This document shows positions 1-11,265 of a stretch of DNA of 64,000 nt, in pieces. The first letter of the stretch is position 1; the number at the start of each line of letters is the position of its first letter. The position numbers and the translations under genes were made by a program. The DNA comes from Macrostomum lignano (taxonomy: Eukaryota), in contig NIVC01000903.1 of NCBI GenBank assembly GCA_002269645.1, positions 62,001 to 126,000 on the forward strand, in the 5' to 3' direction. The notes beneath the pieces are model-generated. The model saw nothing but the letters and a program-made list of their open reading frames with translations, did not search any database and had not been told where the DNA came from.

Positions 1-2340
1 TTGTAAAACAATAAAAACAAATAGACAGTTTTTGAGTAGATTTATTTTAAGGTTCTCTATTCTAATAAGCTGCCATAGGGATAAGCTAGAAATTATCTAC
101 ATGGATCTATGTAGATAAAATTGGAATTATTGTCATGGGACTGTAGGGATAAGCACTCCCTTAATTTTTTTAAACTTTTAATTAAGTTATAACAATGGAA
201 AACAATAGACAGTTTGTTAAACTACTAAATAAAGAGTTTTAGACATTTTAGTAATGTGCCACCTAGAATAAGATGTTGCCAAAGCCCAAAGGTATTGCAT
301 AGATGGCAATGATACCATAGAAATTTGTTAAGGTAGGTGTCAAACAGGGCCTTGGCTTGTATTCAATTTGCGCAGTATAGGGTTGAAGTTGCAGAGGTCT
401 GCCATAGCCCATGGGATATACATTAGGTATAGCAATAGGAATTATCAAAGTAGGTGCTGCAGGGCATCTAGCCATGATTGCTTAGATTAGAAAGAGTTGT
501 TGCTCAATATTGACAAAAAAGCAAGCAAGGTAAGAAATCCCTCAGAATCCCAGTCCCTCTTACCCTAAGTCCTTTTCAAAAAACAGGGAGTGGTTGCAGG
601 TTTTGGCCATAGACATAGCCAATAGCCATCTCAAACTAATAGATATAAACATAAATTGACAAACTACCAAGTCTAAACCAATGAATGTTTAATTGCAGTT
701 ACTAAGGAAATCATTATTTTTAAAAATTATTAAATATATAAAACTAAACTCTAGAAGATAGCCAAGTTCTGCTATCTGTTAAATGGTCCCTTTTGTAATT
801 GGCCTAGGCCTAAGCTAAGTTTTAAGAATACATGGTCCATAGAATCCATTGGCTAGCTTATTGTATAGCTTTTTTATAATTGCCTCTAAGTATTATAGCA
901 TTATAGCTTCTCAAAGGCCTATATTAGCATCTTTCTCCTTTTTTAAGGGACCAGGCAGTAGTAGCAGTAGAGAAAGTTTGGGTTGACACTAGAGGTTGGA
1001 TAGGATTGAAATCATTAGGCAAGATAAGGATTGGGATTTTTTTTCAAGATTAAGATTGGTAATTGGATATTATATTATAGCATAGGTCTGACAATGGTGA
1101 CAAATCTGAATTTTTGTCTAGACAATAAGTGCAATCCATAACAAAGGCCTAGTCCTAGACAGTGCAAAACAAGGTATCTATTTTATACTTTTTTTATTAA
1201 ATAAGCCATATTTTAGTATATAAGATAATTTTTTAGTATATACATATAAAAATCTAATATAGATTGGATAAGGTATCTTTTCTTCGCATTTATAGAAAGT
1301 ATAATTAAAGAGAGATATTTTATATGCCTAGCTTATCTCTATAGACATAGTCCCTTATTAGAATAAATTTTATAAATATGCATTTGCATTGGCCTATTAA
1401 AGCCTAGCATAAAGGCTATGTCAAAAGGTTATAGATAGAGTAAAAAAAGACTTCTAATGGATAAACATTTTCTATGCTATTATATAGATGCATATCAAAA
1501 ATTGCTTTATGTCATATGGATAGCAATATCTAGCAATGTCTATCCCTACCAAGCAGCAATATCCATCCCTATTGCACTACCAAGGGCCAATTCACACTAG
1601 ACACTTTTTGCAATAATGGCCATTGGCTACAATTGAGATATCTATATTGTACCCATATTATAAGCCATATTGTAGCTAGCTATTAGATGATTTGTCAAAA
1701 AGACAAACCTTGTCAAAGTGATTCAATATGTTGAAGAAAACTAAAAAAAGGCCAATAATGGGCTATTATTTATAATTTGCTATACTGTGCCATCTTGGAC
1801 CTATTTATATCTATTGTTTCCTTCCTATATATTAAAAATGAATTGTTTTTATCTATCTTCATTTTCTATAAAAATGATAAATAGACAAATCTAGACTAAT
1901 TTTTAGACCTAGATCTAATTTGACAAGTGTCAAAATGAATTTTGTTATTTCTTTATTTGTAAGGTTGTAAAACTAGACTCTGATATGGATATATCTAAAG
2001 AACAAAGTAAAAGAGTAAAAGATAATGAAAAAAAATTTCTACATAAACCATCAGTCTATCATTTAGTTAATTGTCATTAATTTGTACATTTAACACTGAT
2101 AGATAAGAAAATATAATGATATCTATATGTATCATATAGCTTATAGTATAGGCCCATGTAAAAAATATCAATTTGCAGTAAAATATATATATATATATAT
2201 ATATATAATGCTATTAAAACCTAGTGAAGTTTATTTTAAATATTAAAAAGTAAGTTACCCTACTAAATATTGCCTTTTCACTATAGTGTTGCATTTATTA
2301 TTGCAATAAGAATTCTTTGACTAGTTAAGTTAAAAAGTTA
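1..2340 (+). mobile_element. Heavily decayed, CpG-depleted element, possibly a LINE (RTE-like) reverse transcriptase remnant
   Basis: Fragments read F-V-K-V-G-V-K-Q-G (324-350; cf. the RT GVRQG motif), preceded by DGNDT in another frame and followed by ELLLNIDKKASKV. Many stops and frameshifts. Only 2 CpG counted by eye in 2.3 kb. Confidence 0.35.
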
Positions 2341-2418
2341 ACAAAAAGCTCTATGTGAAATCGACAGTTATAAAGTGAAAATATGAAAAAAATAACTTTA
2401 TTATTATAAGCCCACAAA

Positions 2419-2721
2419 ATGCTGATCCAACAGATTATATTATCAATGCTGAACAACGCACTGAAAGCCTGCGGCAGTGGAAGCAGCGGCCCCTCCCTGC
2501 TGGACCTGACTAGGGAGGAGTGCCTCGGCCTGCTGCGTAGGAAGGAGCTTCGCCTATATGGCGACGCCGTGTCTGTAATGCGCGCCCAGGGCGCCCTCAC
2601 TGAGGCTAAGCGCGACTTGTTGCGCGGATTGCGCGCCGCCCTGGGCGTCTCGGAGACCCGACATCGCTGCGAGTGCCGCCGGGCCGCACTTGACGAGGAA
2701 TTGTCTGCCATTGCTGACTGG
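2419..2721 (+). CDS. EMSY: EMSY-like protein, coding exon 1 (ENT domain)
   Basis: PSLLDLTREECLGLLRRKELRLYGDAVSVMRAQGALTEAKRDLLRGLRAALGVSETRHRCECRRAALDEELSAIA matches the EMSY N-terminal (ENT) domain pattern. ATG at 2419; phase-0 donor TGG|GTATGT at 2722. Confidence 0.85.
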
Positions 2722-2806
2722 GTATGTTGGTATTGCTGACTGGGTATGTTGGTATTGCTGACTGGGTATGTTGGTATTGCTGACTGGGTATGTTGGTATT
2801 GCTGAG
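2711..2806 (+). repeat. 22-bp tandem repeat (TTGCTGACTGGGTATGTTGGTA x4 plus partial) spanning the splice donor
   Basis: Read directly: four identical units at 2711-2798. Confidence 0.95.
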
Positions 2807-2923
2807 TTGTATTTGTTCGGATTGCAGCGGCTATCAGACAAATGCAGTTTATGATGCACTCCTAAGGCAGCCTATCAATACGATTTACAAGAGTTTTATT
2901 ACAGTGGTTTCTGAAAGGCTTCT

Positions 2924-3880
2924 GGGGTATAGCGACCTCTCGGGGGTATCTGAGTATGGAGCGACCTCCCGGGGGTATCTGAGTATGGAGCGACCTCTCG
3001 GGGCTATCTGAGTATGGAGCGACCTTCCGGGGGTATCTGAGTATGGAGCGACCTCCCGGGGGTATCTGAGTATGGAGCGACCTCTCGGGGCTATCTGAGG
3101 GTGCAGCGACCTCCCGGGGGTATCTGAGGGTGCAGCGACCTCCCGGGGGTATCTGAGGGAGCGAGCGATCTTCCGGGGGTATCTGAGTATGGAGCGACCT
3201 CCCAGGGGGTATCTGAGGGTGCAGCGACCTCCCGAGGGGTATCTGAGGGTGCAGCGACCTCCCATGAGAGTATGGGAGTATACTTGGAGTATGGAGCGAC
3301 CTCCCGGGGTATCTGAGGGTGCAGCGACCTCCCGGGGGTATCTGAGGGTGCAGCGACCTCCCATGGGAGTATGTGAGTATACTTGGAGTATGGAGCGACC
3401 TCCCGGGGTATCTGAGGGTGCAGCGACCTCCCGGGGGTATCTGAGGGTGCAGCGACCTCCCATGGGAGTATGGGAGTATACTTGGAGTATGGAGCGACCT
3501 CCCGGGGTATCTGAGGGTGCAGCGACCTCCCGGGGGTATCTGAGGGTGCAGCGACCTCCCATGGGAGTATGGGAGTATACTTGGAGTATGGAGCGACCTC
3601 CCGGGGTATCTGAGGGTGCAGCGACCTCCCGGGGTATCTGAGGGTGCAGCGACCTCCCGGGGGTATCTGAGGGTGCAGCGACCTCCCATGGGAGTATGGG
3701 AGTATACTTGTAGTATGGAGCGACCTCCCGGGGTATCTGAGGGTGCAGCGACCTTCCGGGGGTATCTGAGTATGGAGCGACCTCCCGGGGGTATCTGAGG
3801 GTGCAGCGACCTCCCATGGGAGTATGGGAGTATACTTGGAGTATGGAGCGACCTCCCGAGGGGTATCTGAGGGTGCAGCG
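2924..3880. repeat. ~26-27-bp minisatellite (GGGGTATCTGAG[TATGGA/GGTGCA]GCGACCTCCC) with ~90-bp higher-order units, in EMSY intron 1
   Basis: Read directly; the overlapping ORFs show repeating ~30-aa blocks. Confidence 0.95.
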
Positions 3881-4009
3881 TTTCAGAGTCGCAGACGATA
3901 AGCGCCTCAATTTGACTCTTAGACGACTTTTTTGCGACCTGTATCTCGACATCTCGTCATTTTGAGAGCCATCTAATACCCATATCCCCCTATGCACCTG
4001 ACATCCCAG

Positions 4010-5695
4010 GTGTTCGGCCGGGACACCGGTGGCGACTGGCGCGAGGAAGGCCGCTGTGTGGTGCCCGCCCTGGACTGGGCGAACGACGCAGCCGCGCTTA
4101 CCGAGGCTGGCAGGCGGGCCGACGCTGTGGCGGTTGAACTGCGCCGCAAGCAGCAGACGGCTAACGGAAGCGAAACGGAGGCGCCGCCAGCTGTGATGCT
4201 GAAAGAGCAGCAGCAGCGAGAGCCGGACCGGGCCAAGGTGAAGCCCCCTGCGGCCGGCCGGGCATCCAAGACTCCCGCGGCCGCCGCCCTGCCCAGTAAG
4301 CCCAATCAACAGCTGCTGTCTCGGGCCACGCAACGCCAGGAGGAGCTCCTAGCCGCCGCAGAGGAGTTCCGGCGCCAGCTGCTGGCCTCCACTTCGCAGC
4401 AGCAGGCTGAAGACGATCAGAAGGATGCAGAAATGCCTGACGCTGCAGCTCCAGCCGCCGCTCCAGCTTGCGAGTCTAACGACGATCCTCTGGCGCAAGC
4501 CACCGCGGCAGCCATCGCTGAGGACTTGGTGACGCTGGCCAATGTTGCCGTGTCGGCCCTGCCGCCGCCGTCTCAGCCGCAGCCGCAAGCTGCTCAGGTG
4601 CCGCCTTTGCAGCCTCAGCAGCAACATCAGGCCTTGTCGACCCCTACCCGGCCGCCCGTGCTAGTGCAGACATCCGAGTCAGTTCAGACTCCAATCTATA
4701 TTGTTGCCGGACCGCCGCATACAGCCGATACTGGGCGGGGAATCCAGCATCAGCAGCAGTCGGTGCTTCATCACACCCAGCAACAGCAGCATCAGCAGCA
4801 GCAGTCGGTACTTCATCACACCCAGCAACAGCAGCATCAGCATCAGCCGATGCTTCATCACGCCCAGCAACAGCAGCATCAGCAGCAGCCGTTGCTTCAT
4901 CACGCCCAGCAACAGCAGCATCAGCAGCAGCCGTTGCTTCATCACACCCAACAGCAACAGCAGCAGCAAACTGTCCGAGTCATCAGCCGGCCGAACACAT
5001 CAGGCTTCGGCAAGCCGGTGATTGTAGTTCAAAAGCCGGCAATGTCAGGCGCCTCAAAGATTGTGGCCAGCCCAGGCCAGCAGCCGCAGCTTCATCAGCA
5101 GCACCATCAGCTGCTGTTCGCTACAGCGCCCACTGCCAGAACGCAGACCAACACCTCCGTTGCCGCCGCCTCCGGCGCCGCCGCTGCCCCGTCGCTACCC
5201 GTGCACGGCGTTGATCTCGACGAGGAGCAACCGCCGATGCCGCCGCCTCAGCAGCCGCAGGAGCCTCAGCCGCCGCATATGGCCGGGTCGGTCTCGTCAA
5301 TCTCAATGTCGATGGCTCTGACTCTCGCTGCCGCCAGCTCGGCCTCGAGCAACGCGTCGTCAACAATGATACTGGCGCCAACATCATCACCATCGGCGTC
5401 GGCGACGGATTGGCGCGCCTCGGCGCTCGACCTGCTGGACCGGCTGGCCCGCTGGCCGGACAGTCGGCGCCCAACCGCAGGCGGACTGGCTGGGATTCGG
5501 GCCCGCCTGCTGGCCGGCGAGTACCGCGCCTTAGAGGAGCTGGACGCCGACGTCCGGCTGATGAAAGGCGCCGGCGCCGAAATGCTGGCTGCCTATGAGG
5601 CCGAGCTGGCCGGCCTGCGGGACCGGCTGGGCGTCAATAACAACAATAACACTAGCCTGGCCCCGCCCGGCTTCAAGAAGCGGAGGTACCTATAG
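4010..5695 (+). CDS. EMSY: EMSY-like protein, coding exon 2 (end of ENT region, Q/H/P-rich middle, degenerate bromodomain-like C-terminus, basic tail)
   Basis: Acceptor CCCAG|GTG at 4009/4010, in frame. VFGRDTGGDWREEGRCVVP parallels the EMSY GPNSSSEWSIEGRRLVP segment. Stop TAG at 5693-5695; joined product 662 aa. Confidence 0.8.
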   Translation: MFGRDTGGDWREEGRCVVPALDWANDAAALTEAGRRADAVAVELRRKQQTANGSETEAPPAVMLKEQQQREPDRAKVKPPAAGRASKTPAAAALPSKPNQQLLSRATQRQEELLAAAEEFRRQLLASTSQQQAEDDQKDAEMPDAAAPAAAPACESNDDPLAQATAAAIAEDLVTLANVAVSALPPPSQPQPQAAQVPPLQPQQQHQALSTPTRPPVLVQTSESVQTPIYIVAGPPHTADTGRGIQHQQQSVLHHTQQQQHQQQQSVLHHTQQQQHQHQPMLHHAQQQQHQQQPLLHHAQQQQHQQQPLLHHTQQQQQQQTVRVISRPNTSGFGKPVIVVQKPAMSGASKIVASPGQQPQLHQQHHQLLFATAPTARTQTNTSVAAASGAAAAPSLPVHGVDLDEEQPPMPPPQQPQEPQPPHMAGSVSSISMSMALTLAAASSASSNASSTMILAPTSSPSASATDWRASALDLLDRLARWPDSRRPTAGGLAGIRARLLAGEYRALEELDADVRLMKGAGAEMLAAYEAELAGLRDRLGVNNNNNTSLAPPGFKKRRYL

Positions 5696-7459
5696 TTAGC
5701 TGTGGCCCATGTGCACCAAGCTTTGGGGATAATGGATAATTCAACTGGCCATTTATTTGTATTTTGCTGTGGCTTCACAAAGTAATCGATAAATTAGCTT
5801 TTACTAGCGCATCACGTGAGTTGCAGAATCGTAGTAAGAGTCGCGAAGATGCTAGGTACTGCTGAATAACGTATTTACAGCTGACGTGAGATATTCTATA
5901 GTTAGCATTATTGCAAAACAATAACAGAAATTAAAGTACAATTTTTGTAAATTGACCTTTTTTCGCACAGAATTAAAAGTACGGGCTTATCCGTTTCTTA
6001 GAAATAGTTATAAGAATTGTCATCCCTGTCTGACAGCTATGCAGCAAACTATTTATTCTTCTAAGATATAAGCCTCTTGCTCATAAGTGGCCTGCTATTT
6101 CTTACATATATACACACTGCTACTGTTAATAAATTGAACTCGTTTCTTTGCTAGCCTACTAATATTACTACTATTATTATAATTATTATTTTTTGTACTT
6201 TAAAAAACCTGGCAGCTTTAATTTTCGTGCTCGCGTCGTTATGATAAAAACAGTGATGCATTGCGTATCTGTTGAATAATCATACTATATCTGTATATAA
6301 TAGCTATAGTACGCTTTCGTTACTACTTGTTTAGCATGCTAACATATAGTAGTTACTCGTTGATTGACCTTTTCTGTTTGTCTGTAATAATATTCTCTAT
6401 TATTGTTCTCAATTATCTTATAACAAAAATCTACATTATCAAAATAAGTTGTTGGTTAATATGCTAGTTGCACTACTGCTGTTAGTGCAACAGACGGCAT
6501 TTCTTGCTGCTAGGATTTAGCGGTTATCCATCATCCTCTGCTATTGTAGTGCTCAATTGTACAGCATCATGTATTACTGCTTTGTATGCGCTTGGAACAG
6601 AAAAGCTGACTGACACCTGGCCTTTGTGCAATCTTTCAACTTAATCTCTTAGTCCCAGCTTCTCAACTCAGCCCCCTCTCAAACCCCAGTTGACTGCTAA
6701 GTGCATTAGTCTTTATTTTTTCTACAATTACTTGTACTTTTTCCCCTCTCCCAGTGTAACTTCGTCCTCTTTTACTTTTTCTGATGATACTGTCTATAAT
6801 CTGCTGTTTAATATAAATTTGTTACTAAACTCGCGTTAACTTAATTTACAGAATACCACAGAATATTTGTCATGCGCTAGATAGCCTACTTTTCTATTGC
6901 TAGTTTCAGTAGACAAGTAGCGACTTTTATTGCTTTAATTGGTTGGTTGCGTAAAAATTTATTTTTGCGGTATTCTGTAAAAAGCCAAGCAAGCTTGACA
7001 AGTGAGGCCAATCTGCTGCTACTTAAATTGACTGATTGGTTTCAAGCAAATATAGGGCGTACTCGCTATTCACATCATCCATCCTCAACTTGCTACTTCT
7101 GTTAGTAGCATTCTTTGGTCTTTAACTGTCACTTTTGTGTAATACGAGAATAAGAAAACAAATCGGGCATTTTTCTCGTGCGTTCTTTTTTTGCTCTTTT
7201 TTTTGAAACAGTCACATTTCATCCGCATCAGCTCAGTCTGTTATTTCTGTAATTTCTGTACTTTCTCCCACAGAAATAAACTTGCGTTTGTAATGAAAAA
7301 TTTGTTCATTTCTGTGCGTTTTGGACTGGGCCCTGTCTGCCAAGTTTGAACCCTTATTTATGGTGATTGTAAGGAATTTTAATGCGTTTTTTACTTTCAA
7401 GTTGAGTGCAAGGCCAAGTACTTGTGTGCCAAATTACAACTGCTTGGATCGTTTCACAA

Positions 7460-7900
7460 GCTCCAAACTGCACAATCTCCAAACTGCATAAGCTCCAAAC
7501 TGCACAGACTCCAAACTGCATAAACTCCAAACTGCACAAACTCCAAACTGCACAAACTCCAAACTGCACAAACTCCAAACTGCACAAACTCCAAACTGCA
7601 TAAACTCCAAACTGCACAAACTCCAAACTGCATAAACTCCAAACTGCACAAACTCCAAACTGCATAAACTCCAAACTGCACAAACTCCAAACTGCATAAA
7701 CTCCAAACTGCATAAACTCCAAACTGCACAAACCCCAAACTGCATAAACTCCAAACTGCATAAACTCCAAACTGCATAAACTCCAAACTGCATAAACTCC
7801 AAACTGCACAAACCCCAAACTGCATAAACTCCAAACTGCACAAACTCCAAACTGCATAAACTCCAAACTGCACAAACTCCAAACTGCATAAACTCCAAAC
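7460..7900. repeat. 16-bp minisatellite (CTCCAAACTGCA[C/T]AAA)n
   Basis: Read directly; about 27 units. Confidence 0.95.
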
Positions 7901-8116
7901 TGCGTACGGCTGTTCATTCCAAGGACTGGGGGGTCGCCACACACACCCTCAATTACCCCAGCTAATGCTGGCACCTATTTTACAGCTGGGTGAGCTGAAA
8001 TAGTGCAGAGTTAAGCGTCTTGCTCAAAGACACAAATTGTTCCGAGTGGGTCGAGAATCGAACCCCCGACCTTTCATTCGTGAGTCCGACGCTCTGACCA
8101 CTAGGCTACAACCCCC
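7900..8116 (-). mobile_element. tRNA-headed SINE (CORE-like central domain), 3' tail missing
   Basis: The minus strand begins GGGGGTTGTAGCCTAGTGG (A box) ... GGTTCGATTCT (B box). The body TGTGTCTTTGAGCAAGACGCTTAAC...CAGCTGTAAAATAGG resembles the CORE/MIR domain. Homologous to 21045-21355 and 29369-29551. Confidence 0.8.
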
Positions 8117-8774
8117 AATACTATACTACTATTACTATGCAATGCTATATAAAACCCGGTCTGTCTTTACTAAGTATTAGCAGCTTATCGTGTAGACAAA
8201 ATATATTGGAATAATCGTTATACACTGACACGAGGCCAATGCGAATGGGATTCGAGGAAATTGATTCAACTTCAAAGTAATTGGATAATCCTGTTGAGGA
8301 AAATATTTTTTAAATCTCTAACTTAATATTAAAAACGGAAACTGCTTTGCCAGCTACTATGCAATCGATAAGTGTCTCAGACAAACTCGAAACAGAAATC
8401 ATATCGGTATAAATTGCTAATCAAGGCATTAGTTGTCACTCTATTCTGGCTGCTTGTCTAATTTTCGAACGAGAATAATCGAATCGAGAATATAAGCGCA
8501 CAAACCCGTTGCAATTCTAAGAGATTAAGAGTTGTCACGCAGTATCGATTTGAAATGTGCTGAGCAAATTTATGACATTTTTCTGCACCACTGTATCCAA
8601 GAATTCAATAATGGACTGGCGAGAGTTTTGTTGCCAATCCATTGGGATAGAAATAGCGTGCCGGAAAGACCAAAACTGAGGCTGCAGAAGCCATAAGAGT
8701 AGCTTTTTTATATCCTCTGAAACGGCTTACTTTTTTTGTACTTTAACTGATATTGGTTTGCTCAAACCCTGACG

Positions 8775-9150
8775 AGAACACACACATACACAGATGCATG
8801 CAGACACACACACAAATACACGGACATGCACAGATGCATGCAGGCACACAAACACACAGACATACACAGATGCATACAGGCACACACACAAATACACGGA
8901 CATACACACAGATGCATACAGGCACACACAGCAATACACAGACATACACAGATACATACAGGCACACACAGAAATACACAGACATACACAGATGCATGCA
9001 GGCACATACACACAAATACACGGACATACACAGATGCATACAGGCACACACACAGAAATACACGGACATACACACAGACATACACAGATGCATCCAGACA
9101 CAAAAATACAGACATACACAGGTACACAAAAACTCAAACATACACAGACA
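8775..9150. repeat. CA-rich degenerate minisatellite (ACACACAGATGCATACAGGC-like)
   Basis: Read directly. Confidence 0.9.
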
Positions 9151-10227
9151 CAGCGAAGCGAAGCGGTTTGATAAATAGTTATCTATGTACATCAAGTGAT
9201 TTACAGACTTGGACTGGACAGGCACGAGAGGCCGTGGCAGTGAACAACAATATAATGTTTAGTTATTTTTAATTGCTTGGCGAAAAATTAAGCGTTTAGT
9301 ATTGAGAAACCGAAACTTCCAACTGATCTCTTCTGAAGCAGAACGCTGCTTTCGCAAGTTGTGCAAATTTAACAGGTCCGTTTTTCTGTGTCTCCTGTCT
9401 CTTTTGGGTGCATTTTTTTCTGAACAAGATTCTCCACGATTGTATTGTCTATGGTAAAACTCCCTGGTCCCACCACATGCGCTGGTGGAAATTCTGGCCC
9501 ATTCCGCTGAATCCTGAGCATGCACTTACAAGCTCCAAGACTACTCAAGTAGAAGAATGGGAAACTATACGTTTTCTTAGAAAATGTAATCTTTTGATAT
9601 GTTTTGCATTTCTTATGGCTGTTTTTTATATTCATAAGGCTTTTCGTTCAGAAAATTAGAATTCTGTGGTAATTTCTTATTCTACGTACAATTGCATGTC
9701 CTGTGCCTAAAAACCATTAAAATGACACGGCTCGGCTCATTGGTTTTATGGATCTACTTTATCAGTCTTAGCTGACTGTGTCACAGAGATGATAAAACAG
9801 ATTCATAGAACCAAAGATTTGAGCTGTGCCATGCATTTTTATGATTTTTAGGTACAGATAAATGCACATGGAATAAAATATTGACATAGAGTTCTTGTTT
9901 TCTAAACTAAAAGCTTTATAAATTTCAATAGAGCAATAAGAAAGGCACAGCATATCAAAAGATGAACACTGGATCTGCCTCCAATCAAAAGCAATAACCA
10001 TTTTTGTGCTGAAAAAGTGAACTTGCTATCTCTGTAGTGTATCTTCCGGCATAAACCAGCCTTTATAAACATTTTCTAAGAAACGAGGTCCTTCTACTTG
10101 AGTGTGTACAGCGGCCCTGACTGTCTGTAGCGCTATGCAAAAAAACAAATCTTTAGCGAAATCCGTTTAGAAAACTGAAAGCCTCCAGTCTCGCGAAATT
10201 TGCACTCCTTGGCGCTCGAAATGCACA

Positions 10228-10878
10228 CTAAGTCAGCTTGTCCTTCGGCGCTGCTTCCACCTGCTGCTGCTTGGCGGCGCCAACAAAGCCCAGGCGCATT
10301 CTGACCGCATGAATGCAGCCGCACAGGTGGCTGAGGTCAATCAGCTGCTGATAGTGCAGCGGATACAGCAGTCGGTCGCGCAGGGTGGCCACTCTGTACT
10401 CCAGGTTGCCCAGCATCCGTCTGGCTGCATCGCCGTCTTCTCCGCTAGTCTCGCCGTCTTTTGGCCACAGGAAGCCGCACAAATCTAACTGGTAGGCCTG
10501 CAGGTCGCTGCGCACCTTGGCTGAGCACAGTATCTCCTCGTCTAGGCGTTTGATCACGTGACCGATGCACTGGCGCCGGTTGTCAACGTCGGGTACAATC
10601 GAGCTGAAGGCGCTGTACACCTCCTCGTCGACGTAGCGGCCGAGCTTCTTCGCGGCTGGCGAACAGCCGCCTCTGAGGCTGCCGCTGTCTTCCACCACCG
10701 GGCTTGAGACGTTCCGCCGAATGTTGCCCGAAGCTCTCAGTTCGCGATTGTGCAGCAGAGTCAGTTGCTGCTTCTGCTGTTGCTGCTGTTGTTGGTTCTG
10801 GCGCAGCAGCAGATCCTCCAGGGAAGAAGTGCGCCGCTGTTGTTTGCAATGAAATGCCGGATACGAATTGTCGTCCAT
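10228..10878 (-). CDS. Single-exon hypothetical protein, 216 aa (Q-rich N-terminus, probably helical C-terminus)
   Basis: ATG at 10878, TAG at 10228. Non-repetitive, with the same GC/CpG-rich composition as the other CDSs. No family recognised. Confidence 0.55.
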   Translation of the reverse strand: MDDNSYPAFHCKQQRRTSSLEDLLLRQNQQQQQQQKQQLTLLHNRELRASGNIRRNVSSPVVEDSGSLRGGCSPAAKKLGRYVDEEVYSAFSSIVPDVDNRRQCIGHVIKRLDEEILCSAKVRSDLQAYQLDLCGFLWPKDGETSGEDGDAARRMLGNLEYRVATLRDRLLYPLHYQQLIDLSHLCGCIHAVRMRLGFVGAAKQQQVEAAPKDKLT

Positions 10879-10901
10879 TTGGCTACGTGTAGTTTGGATT
10901 G

Positions 10902-10915
10902 GTCGCTATGGAAAC
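10902..10915. promoter_or_regulatory. Perfect RFX X-box GTCGCTATGGAAAC, 24 bp upstream of the orphan ATG, with an adjacent CCAAT (ATTGG on +)
   Basis: Matches GTHNYYATRRNAAC at all positions. Confidence 0.5.
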
Positions 10916-10959
10916 GCGTCACTTTTGTATTTTGGTTGCTATGCAAAATGCGTCGGTTG

Positions 10960-11265
10960 CCAATTAGCTGCTACGCAGGATGCGTCGGTTGCCAATCGGT
11001 TGCTATACAAGATGCGTCGGTTGCCAATCGGTTGCTAAGCAGGATGCGTCGGTTGCCAATCGGTTGCTATACAGGATGCGTCGGTTGCCAATCGGTTGCT
11101 ATACAAGATGCATCGGTTGCCAATCGGTTGCTAAGCAGGATGCGTCGGTTGCCAATCGGTTGCTATGCAGGATGCGTCGGTTGCCAATCGGTTGCTAAGC
11201 AAGATGCGTCGGTTGCCAATCGGTTGCTATGCAGGATGCGTCGGTTGCCAATCGGTTGCTACACG
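10960..11265. repeat. 32-bp minisatellite (GATGCGTCGGTTGCCAATCGGTTGCTA...) x~9
   Basis: Read directly. Confidence 0.95.

Noticed and set aside
781-960. Classical fungal RIP as the cause of CpG loss
   Set aside because: A hand count showed CA+TG is not depleted relative to AC+GT, unlike CpA-targeted RIP.
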